Positions 30,484-37,114 of a DNA stretch of 64,000 nucleotides are shown piece after piece (the first letter of the stretch is position 1; each line of letters starts with the position of its first letter). Under the pieces are notes generated by a model. It ran no database searches. It was not told the DNA's origin and worked only from the letters and a program-made list of their open reading frames with translations. This DNA comes from an uncultured Anaerolineales bacterium. GTDB taxonomy: Bacteria; Chloroflexota; Anaerolineae; Anaerolineales; RBG-16-64-43. The position numbers were made by a program, and so were the translations under genes. Where the stretch lies: contig CAYGXJ010000002.1 in the NCBI GenBank assembly GCA_964353865.1, positions 9,904 through 73,903 on the forward strand, written 5' to 3'.

Positions 30484-31567
30484 ACCTCGTATCCTGCTCC
30501 TGAAGCGAGCGCGCCACCTGCCGGTCGAGCTTGCCCATCGGGTAGCGCCCGAGGTCGCGCACGCGCGCCCAGCGTACATCCGCCGCCTGGATCGCGCGCG
30601 GCGTGCCGCTCACACGTGTGCACTCAAATGCGTGCAGCGTCACGCTGTAGTGGCTGTACGCATGCTCGAGGGCCGCACGCTCCCGCCCGACGCGTACGCG
30701 AATCCCCAACTCCTCGCGCAGCTCGCGCCGCAGGCACGCCGTGAGCGTCTCGCCGCGTTCGCGCTTGCCGCCCGGGAACTCCCACAGGCCACCGAGCAGC
30801 GCCTTGGCTGGCCGCTGGGCAATCAACACCCGGTCCGCGCGGCGCACGATGCCGCAGGTCACATCCAAGTGCGGCACACGCCGTGAGACTCGCGCCCGCG
30901 GCCGTAACGCCTGCGTGCCTCGCGCGTTTGCCTGGCAGGCATCGCGCAGCGGGCAGTGCGCGCATTGCGGCGCGCGCGGCGTGCACACCGTGGCGCCCAA
31001 TTCCATCAGCGCCTGGTTGAAGCCGCCGGGATTGCGTGCAGGCATCATACGCGCCGCAATCCCTAGCAGGTGCGTCTCGCCCCGCGTCGATCGCGCATCG
31101 CCGGCGTAATCATCGAGCCGCGCGAGCACGCGGCGCGTATTGCCATCCAACACCGGCACAACCTCGCCGAACGCGACCGAGGCGATCGCGCTGGCGGTGT
31201 ACCGCCCGACGCCGGGCAGGCGCTGCCAGGCCTCGGCCGTTGTGGGCCAATCGCCCACGGGCAACGGCGCCATCGCGCGCGCCGCGCGATGCAGGTTGCG
31301 CGCCCGCGCGTAGTATCCCATGCCCTCCCACGCGCGCAAGGCCTGGCGCAGTGAGGCCCGCCCCAGCACCGCGCGGGTCGGGAAGCGCTTGAGAAATCGC
31401 ATGTAGAAGGGGATGACCTTCGCCACCTGGGTCTGCTGCAGCATGACCTCGCTGACCCAGATGGCGTACGGGTCGCGCGTGCGCCGCCATGGCAGGTCGC
31501 GCGCGGCACGCGCGTACCAGCGCATGAGGCGCGCCACGGTGGCACGCGATGGATCACGGGGCGCCAT
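30482..31567 (-). CDS. mutY: A/G-specific adenine DNA glycosylase MutY (with C-terminal NUDIX-like domain)
   Basis: 361 aa with motifs LPWRRTRDPYAIWVSEVMLQQTQV and LPGVGRYTASAIASVAF. The 4Fe-4S Cys cluster is CTPRAPQCAHCPLRDAC. The MutT-like segment is GGLWEFPGGKRE. Confidence 0.92.
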   Translation of the reverse strand: MAPRDPSRATVARLMRWYARAARDLPWRRTRDPYAIWVSEVMLQQTQVAKVIPFYMRFLKRFPTRAVLGRASLRQALRAWEGMGYYARARNLHRAARAMAPLPVGDWPTTAEAWQRLPGVGRYTASAIASVAFGEVVPVLDGNTRRVLARLDDYAGDARSTRGETHLLGIAARMMPARNPGGFNQALMELGATVCTPRAPQCAHCPLRDACQANARGTQALRPRARVSRRVPHLDVTCGIVRRADRVLIAQRPAKALLGGLWEFPGGKRERGETLTACLRRELREELGIRVRVGRERAALEHAYSHYSVTLHAFECTRVSGTPRAIQAADVRWARVRDLGRYPMGKLDRQVARSLQEQDTR

Positions 31568-33664
31568 CTAGACCAGCCTCAGCTGCGAGCCCTCGGGCGT
31601 CTTGGTCACTTCGATGCGGGCGGGGAACGTGTCGCGCAGCTCGTCGAGATGGGTGATGACCAGGATGCGGTCGAAATCATCCTGGACCGAATTGATCGCC
31701 GCCACCAGCCGCTCACGGCCGAGCGCATCCTGCGAGCCGAAGCCCTCGTCAATGAAGAGTGCGCGCAACTGCGCGCCGGCGCGCCGCGCCAGGAGCTTGG
31801 AGAGCGCCACGCGCAACGCGAAGTTGATGCGGAATGCCTCGCCGCCGGAATACATCTCGTAGGCGCGCGTGCCCAGCCCGTCGGAAATGATGATCTCAAG
31901 CGTCTCGCGCGTCTCGCCGGCTTTGGTCTCACGCTGCGACTCGAGGCGCAGCATCATCTGGCCCTCGGTCATCTTCGCCAGGAGCGCGTTGGCCACCTCT
32001 TCCACCTCGGGCACGACTGTCTCGATGATCATGTTGGGGACGCCGCGCCGGCCGAACGCCTCGCGCAATTCCTCGAGCAGCGCCATCTCGTCGCGCTGCC
32101 CGTGCACTTCAGCTTCGAGCGTTCGGCTCTGCGCTTCGAGCGCGTCCACTGCGGCGAGCCTCTGGCGCGCGCCGCCCACCCGTTCATCCGCCATGCGTTT
32201 GGCGAAACGCACTTGATCGAGTGTCCCGCGCAACTGGTCGGCCTCGGCCAGGCGCTTGCTCAGGTCGCCCGCTTCGCGTTCGCGCGTCTGCTGCTGCGCC
32301 TCGGCCTCGGCAACCGCCTTCTGCCATTTGGCGACGCGCGCCTGCGCGGCAGGCAGCTTCTCGACCGCCTCCTGCGCCGCGCGCGCTGCCGCCTCCGCTT
32401 CTGCGATGCGCCGCTCGATCGCGGGCAGCCCGTCCATCTGCCGTCGAAACGTAGCCATCTCGGTCTGCAGCCCAGCGAGTGCGTTGGTCACCTCTTGCAG
32501 GCGCACCTTGTTGACCTTGAAGCGCTCGCGCCGCGCCTCAACCTCCGCATGCAACTCTCGCACGATTGCGCCCCGGTGCTTCTCGTCGAGTGGCTGCCCG
32601 CAAGTAGGGCATTGCGGTTCGCGCGCTGCCTGCAGGGTCTCGATGCGCGCCTTGATCGGCTCGGTCTCCGGCGCCAGGCTCGCGTTCTCGCCGCGCAATG
32701 TGCCCGCCAGCTCGCCAAGCTCCTTGGACTTCTCGTTCGCCTCTTCCCATTGCGTGCGGGCCGCCTGCGCCGCCTTACGTTGGCGTTCAAGCTCGTTGCC
32801 TTGATTCTCTATCGCGCGGCGGTTGGCCTTCCCGAGCAGCGCTTCTGTTTCGCGCGTTGCTTCCTGCAACTCGTGCCGATCCGCCTCCAGCCTGCGAGTC
32901 AACTCAGCCTGCTGCTTCTCGAGATTGGCGCGCATGAGCCCCACTTGCTCGACGGCGGCCCAGGCTTGCTCGAGGTTCGCCAGTTGCAGGGCCTTGGCCT
33001 CAGCCTCGTGCTGCGCCGCGTTCAGCTCGCCTAGGAATTCGGCGCGGCGCTCGACCTCGCGCCGAATTTCCTCGAGGCGCGAGTCGATTCGCGAAGCGGC
33101 CTCTTTGATCTCGCGCAGGCGGTCCTTGGTGCGCTCCTCGAATTCCTGCCAGCGCTCCAATCCGAGAATCGTCGCCAGGATTTGGATGCGTTGCACCGGC
33201 GGCTTGGCGGTGAACTCGTCCGCGCGGCCCTGCGCAAGGTAGGCCGAGTTGACGAACGTGTCGTAGTCCAGGTGCAGGAGGCTGGTGAGACGGTCCTGTG
33301 TCTGCCTCAGCGTGTGCTCGGAGAGGCTGCGCCAATCGCCGGACGAAGCATCCAGAGCTTGCAGCTCGAGGAGTGATGTGCCCACCTTGCCCTCGGCCCG
33401 CCGCTGGCGGATAGCCCGGTAGCGCTGGCCGGCGAGCTCGAACGTGAACTCCACCCGCATCTCGCGTTCGCCCTGATGGATGAGATCGTCGGGCGATGAG
33501 CTGCGCGCCTTGCCCCACAGCGCCCAGGTCATCGCATCCAGCAGCGACGACTTGCCTGCGCCGTTCTCGCCCGAGATGCACGCAATGTGCACGCCCTCCA
33601 GGTTGAGCGGATCGGGATCTTTGTAGGCGAGAAAGTTGTGCAGCTCGAGGCGCAGCGGGATCAT
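31568..33664 (-). CDS. sbcC: SbcC/Rad50-like ATPase
   Basis: 698 aa. Walker A is ISGENGAGKSSLLDA. A long coiled coil carries a central CPTCGQ zinc hook. The C-terminus has YSGGEAFRINFALR and LFIDEGFG. Its stop abuts the mutY ATG. Confidence 0.85.
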   Translation of the reverse strand: MIPLRLELHNFLAYKDPDPLNLEGVHIACISGENGAGKSSLLDAMTWALWGKARSSSPDDLIHQGEREMRVEFTFELAGQRYRAIRQRRAEGKVGTSLLELQALDASSGDWRSLSEHTLRQTQDRLTSLLHLDYDTFVNSAYLAQGRADEFTAKPPVQRIQILATILGLERWQEFEERTKDRLREIKEAASRIDSRLEEIRREVERRAEFLGELNAAQHEAEAKALQLANLEQAWAAVEQVGLMRANLEKQQAELTRRLEADRHELQEATRETEALLGKANRRAIENQGNELERQRKAAQAARTQWEEANEKSKELGELAGTLRGENASLAPETEPIKARIETLQAAREPQCPTCGQPLDEKHRGAIVRELHAEVEARRERFKVNKVRLQEVTNALAGLQTEMATFRRQMDGLPAIERRIAEAEAAARAAQEAVEKLPAAQARVAKWQKAVAEAEAQQQTREREAGDLSKRLAEADQLRGTLDQVRFAKRMADERVGGARQRLAAVDALEAQSRTLEAEVHGQRDEMALLEELREAFGRRGVPNMIIETVVPEVEEVANALLAKMTEGQMMLRLESQRETKAGETRETLEIIISDGLGTRAYEMYSGGEAFRINFALRVALSKLLARRAGAQLRALFIDEGFGSQDALGRERLVAAINSVQDDFDRILVITHLDELRDTFPARIEVTKTPEGSQLRLV

Positions 33665-33696
33665 GCTTCAACCACGACGTTCATAGATGAGTGAAG

Positions 33697-33762
33697 GGAG
33701 GGCATCGCATGCATTACGCTTGACCGCGTGCGGTCGGCAATCGCATCAATGCCTCGCACGGA
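33697..33762 (-). repeat. GCGTAAGGCATGC-core repeat, copy D (inverted)
   Basis: The reverse complement reads tccgtgcgaggcattgatgcgattgcc...gcgtaatgcatgcgatgccctcc. A truncated plus-orientation core gcgtattgcatgcccc lies at 33843-33858. Confidence 0.7.
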
Positions 33763-33879
33763 TGAGCCGTACGGTGGATGTCCGTAAGAATACCGAATCT
33801 CGTAACCATTCCGCGCCGATGCCTCAATAGTGTTGCCCTCACGCGTATTGCATGCCCCAAGCGGTTTCGAAGTCCCGCT

Positions 33880-33914
33880 GTAGATGTGGGGACGCGAAGC
33901 GTCCCCACATCTAC
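33880..33914. repeat. Perfect 16-bp-stem palindrome
   Basis: GTAGATGTGGGGACGC-gaa-GCGTCCCCACATCTAC. It lies in the sbcD-sbcC spacer. Confidence 0.9.
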
Positions 33915-34019
33915 ATAAAACTTCCTCCCCTCCCTGGTGGCCGGGGAGGGGTCGAGGGAGTGGCCCATTTCCACCAAAGAACGAACTGTTGAGGTCATTC
34001 TGTCTGTTCCGTGGGCGCC

Positions 34020-35267
34020 TCAACGACTGCCGTCAGGCTCCGCCTCGATCAGCGGCTCGGCCGCCGCCAAGAGGCGCGCCAGGCGCTCAGGTGGCGTGTT
34101 GCGCAGCGCGAAGTAGCGCTCGAGCAGCTCGCGCGGGATCAGGCTTTCGGCGGCGTCACTCCCCAGCCGTGCGCGCACCGGCGAGGTCATGTCCTTTTCG
34201 ATCGAGAGTTGCGAGGCGGCTGCCAGCAGCCGCTCGACCTCGCGTGCATCGAACTGGGCGAGCTGGCCGTGGCGAAGCGTGATGATCGCGCGCACGACGG
34301 CGCCCGCCACCTCTTCTGCGCGCGCGGCGAGCGCGGCTACGGCGTGCGCGGTCGGATCGTCCGCGGCCTGCAGATCCACTCGCAGTGTGATGAACGGCCG
34401 GGCGTGCGCGGGCACGAAGGTCATACGTGTCGCGCCGCGCGCGAGCTCGGTCCAGCAGAAACCCTTGGCTTCCTTCTCCTCGCCGAAGTCGATGCGCTCG
34501 AGCGAGCCGGAATAGGCCTGAATCGGTTCGCCAGGCACATTGCCCGCCAGAACCTGGTGGCGGTGGATGTGGCCGAGCGCGATGTAATCCCACGCCGGCG
34601 CGGCCAGCGTCGAGCGCGGGACGCTGACATCGCGGCCGAGCATCACGCTGCGCTCCGAGCCGTAGTGCGCCTCGCCCACCGAGAAGTGGCCGGCCAGGAC
34701 GCGCGGCATGTCGGCCGCGCCGGCAGCCTGGGCCAACTCGTCGAGCGTCTCGATCACCGCCGCGCGCAAAGCCTGGTCGAGCTCCTCGACCGACTTGCCG
34801 CGGTGCTCCTCGTCGCTCAGGAGGCGGTTGCGCGTGGGATATGGAACCCAGGCGAGGAAGACCGGCCCGCGCGCGGTCTCGACCACCCGGCTCTCGGGCT
34901 TGTAACCGACGATGATGTTGGGCACCTCGAGCGCGCGGAAAATGTCGACGCTGGTGGCCTTCTGGGTCGAACCGGGCAAATCGTGGTTGCCGACCAGGAG
35001 CAAGGTGGGCACGCGGTCGGCCAGGCGTTTGATACGCCGGGCGAACTCGCGCTGCTGGGTGGGTTCGGGGTCGCGTGTCTTGAAGGCGTCGCCGGCGAAG
35101 ACGGCGAGGTCCGCGTCATGGGCCAGTGCGTACTGGACCACCTCATCCAGCCGATCGAGAAAATCACGCACGCGGCTGGAGGTGCCGGTGGCGGGGTCGA
35201 GCTTGCCGTAGTTTTCCATGCCGACGTGCAAGTCGGCGAAATGCACGAGGCGAATGGGGGCGGGCAT
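34020..35267 (-). CDS. sbcD: SbcD/Mre11-like nuclease
   Basis: 415 aa with calcineurin-like phosphoesterase motifs VHFADLHVG, FAGDAF, GNHD and GHIH. Confidence 0.9.
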   Translation of the reverse strand: MPAPIRLVHFADLHVGMENYGKLDPATGTSSRVRDFLDRLDEVVQYALAHDADLAVFAGDAFKTRDPEPTQQREFARRIKRLADRVPTLLLVGNHDLPGSTQKATSVDIFRALEVPNIIVGYKPESRVVETARGPVFLAWVPYPTRNRLLSDEEHRGKSVEELDQALRAAVIETLDELAQAAGAADMPRVLAGHFSVGEAHYGSERSVMLGRDVSVPRSTLAAPAWDYIALGHIHRHQVLAGNVPGEPIQAYSGSLERIDFGEEKEAKGFCWTELARGATRMTFVPAHARPFITLRVDLQAADDPTAHAVAALAARAEEVAGAVVRAIITLRHGQLAQFDAREVERLLAAASQLSIEKDMTSPVRARLGSDAAESLIPRELLERYFALRNTPPERLARLLAAAEPLIEAEPDGSR

Positions 35268-35441
35268 GGACAGATTCTAACAGGGGCGCGGGCCCGCTTG
35301 TGTCCGTCGTAGACCGAGGCCGGCGAGGCGATGGGCCCGGGCAGTGCCTTGCCGCGTGCAACGGCGTCGGCCATCTCGACCGGGGTCGGTCAACCGAGGG
35401 CGGAGCTGCCGTTCTGCGCCGTAGCGTGGAGCCGCACGGGC

Positions 35442-35986
35442 CTATCCTTGACCCGCAGGGTGAAGGGAGGAGCGAATCTTTCGAGATTTCGCCAGCTTGC
35501 CTTCGGCCTTCAACCATCGGGCTACTTCAACCAAGTCGATCGTTTGCGCCTGAGCGACGAGGACGACTTGCTGAAGAGCTTCTTGGTCCCCCAGTGATAG
35601 TAGGATGGCAGTTTATCCTTGACACAGTCGGTTGGGGATATGATGCGCAGAACCCCGGTGGCAAGGGCTATTTCGGCAATTGAAGCAACCGGTTCCGTAC
35701 CGACCGCGAGTGGGCCAGGTGGGAACTCAACCAGGACAGTAGATTGCGGGTGCGTGAAGTACCTTCCCTTCTCGCGAAAACCAGCCTCATGCATCGCCGC
35801 TTTGATTTCCCGGTCTGAAGCGGAATGGATGTTCACCAGATCGACATCATTCGAAACGAACGCATTGGCGCTGTAGATGGCGCCCGAGGCGCCCCCAGAG
35901 AGAGCGACCTCTATCCCTCGTTGCCGCATGTGGGTTTGAACGAAGGCTCCAACCTCGGCTTGTGACATCTCGCGGATTGGCTTCAA
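35442..35986 (-). pseudogene. Pol-beta-superfamily nucleotidyltransferase-like protein, apparent 3' frameshift (intact ORF as sequenced is 35522..35986)
   Basis: A GG...DVD motif is present (LSGGASGAIYSANAFVSNDVDLV). After YYHW the sequenced frame becomes low-complexity (KKLFSKSSSSLRRKR). Adding one base to the C5 run at 35588-35592 restores a plausible helical tail, GDQEALQQVVLVAQAQTIDLVEVARWLKAEGK, ending at 35442. Start is TTG at 35986 or ATG at 35968. Confidence 0.6.
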
Positions 35987-36312
35987 AGCGGCTTGCCTCG
36001 GCGTCTTGGCCTGCGTCGATTCAGGAGCAGCCTGTCTCTCTCGCGCTGGGGATAGAACTGCAGGGTCTTGTCGAGCAGAGCGACCAGTTCGCGCAGGAAT
36101 GGGTATCGCGGATTGAAAACATACAACCTTGTCCGGCCCGCGGCGCGGCCTGCCAGGACCCCGGCGAATTCCAGGCGGTCGAGCTGCTTCTGGATCTGGA
36201 CCAGATCGGTTTCATGAAACCGCGCGATCTCGCGGGCATAGCCTTCGTTCCGGGCGCGGAGGAAGACGAGGACTCTCTCTCGGCTCTTGGAACCAAGGAT
36301 GGGCTCCAGCAT
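35983..36312 (-). CDS. Small winged-helix (ArsR/MarR-like) DNA-binding protein
   Basis: ATG at 36312 with an AGGAGA RBS, giving 109 aa. It begins MLEPILGSKSRERVLVFLRARNEGYAREIARFHETDLVQIQKQLDRLEFAGVL. Its stop overlaps the downstream NTase TTG start. Confidence 0.7.
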   Translation of the reverse strand: MLEPILGSKSRERVLVFLRARNEGYAREIARFHETDLVQIQKQLDRLEFAGVLAGRAAGRTRLYVFNPRYPFLRELVALLDKTLQFYPQRERDRLLLNRRRPRRRGKPL

Positions 36313-36338
36313 GGCGGTCTCCTGGGGTAGACTGGGCC

Positions 36339-36376
36339 GACCTACTAAGTAGGTCATATGACCTATTCGGTAGGTC
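36339..36376. promoter_or_regulatory. Operator-like array of four alternating half-sites upstream of the wHTH gene
   Basis: GACCTA (36339), TAGGTC (36350), GACCTA (36360) and TAGGTC (36371) are spaced 11, 10 and 11 nt start to start. The array includes the perfect 16-nt palindrome TAGGTCATATGACCTA. It lies 27-64 nt upstream of the ATG at 36312. Confidence 0.6.
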
Positions 36377-36425
36377 GTCATAGCGAGGCCGGGCCGCCGG
36401 GGCAACAGGGGCCCGCCTGGTGGGG

Positions 36426-37100
36426 CTATGCGTCTCCGCCCTTCGCGTTGAGAAGTTGCGCCACCTGCTCGTGCCCAGCCTCCCTCGCCAACTCCACCGG
36501 CGTCTTGCCATCATCGGCGAGCGGCGAAACCTCAGCCGCGTGGCCGAGCAGCGCGCGCACGAGATCAAGGTTGCTGTTCTGCGCCGCGGCGTGGAGAGAT
36601 GTGAAGCCGCCTTCCTGGAGGGCATTGACATCTGCACCATGCGCGATGAGCGCGAGCGCAATCCGTGTCTGGTCGGCGGCCGCGGCCGAGTGCAACGGTC
36701 GCACGCGCATCTTGTTGCGCGCCTCGGCATTCCCGTCGGCGCCCGCCGCCAGGAGCATCTCGGCAACCTCGGGCTGGCCAAAGAACGCCGCGCGATGCAC
36801 CAACGTGAGCCCGTCCGCTTAGTAGTGCCCAATCAGGTCGCGCTCCGCTGCGAGGATCGCCTTCAATCGATCCGCCTGCCCCAGCACGCACGCCTCGAAC
36901 GGGCCAATCTCGGCACCCATTACGGCCAGGAGCCGCGCCCCAGCCGCGTGCCCGTGGTACATCGCCAGCATGACCGCGCTCACACCGTTCGCGTCATGCG
37001 TGTTCGGTAGCGCGGGTGTCTCACGCGCAGCGGGGCGCAGCGCCTCCAAATCTCCGGCGCGCACAGCGTCCAGGAACGCCTGCGGCTGGTTTGGTGCCAT
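36426..37100 (-). pseudogene. Ankyrin-repeat protein interrupted by an in-frame TAA
   Basis: ORFs 36819..37256 (ATG at 37100) and 36426..36803 share a frame, separated by TAA at 36819-36821 (LIGHY*ADGLTLVHRAAFFGQ). ANK motifs include TSLHAAAQNSNLDLVRALLGHAAEV. Confidence 0.7.
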
Positions 37101-37114
37101 TCTCGCTCGCCCTC

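Noticed and set aside
31568-35267. SbcC/SbcD as an SMC or Rad50-type anti-phage system such as Lamassu or Wadjet.
   Set aside because: The pair has the canonical Mre11 phosphoesterase motifs and a Rad50 zinc hook. It is co-oriented with mutY and lacks the additional effector genes of those systems.
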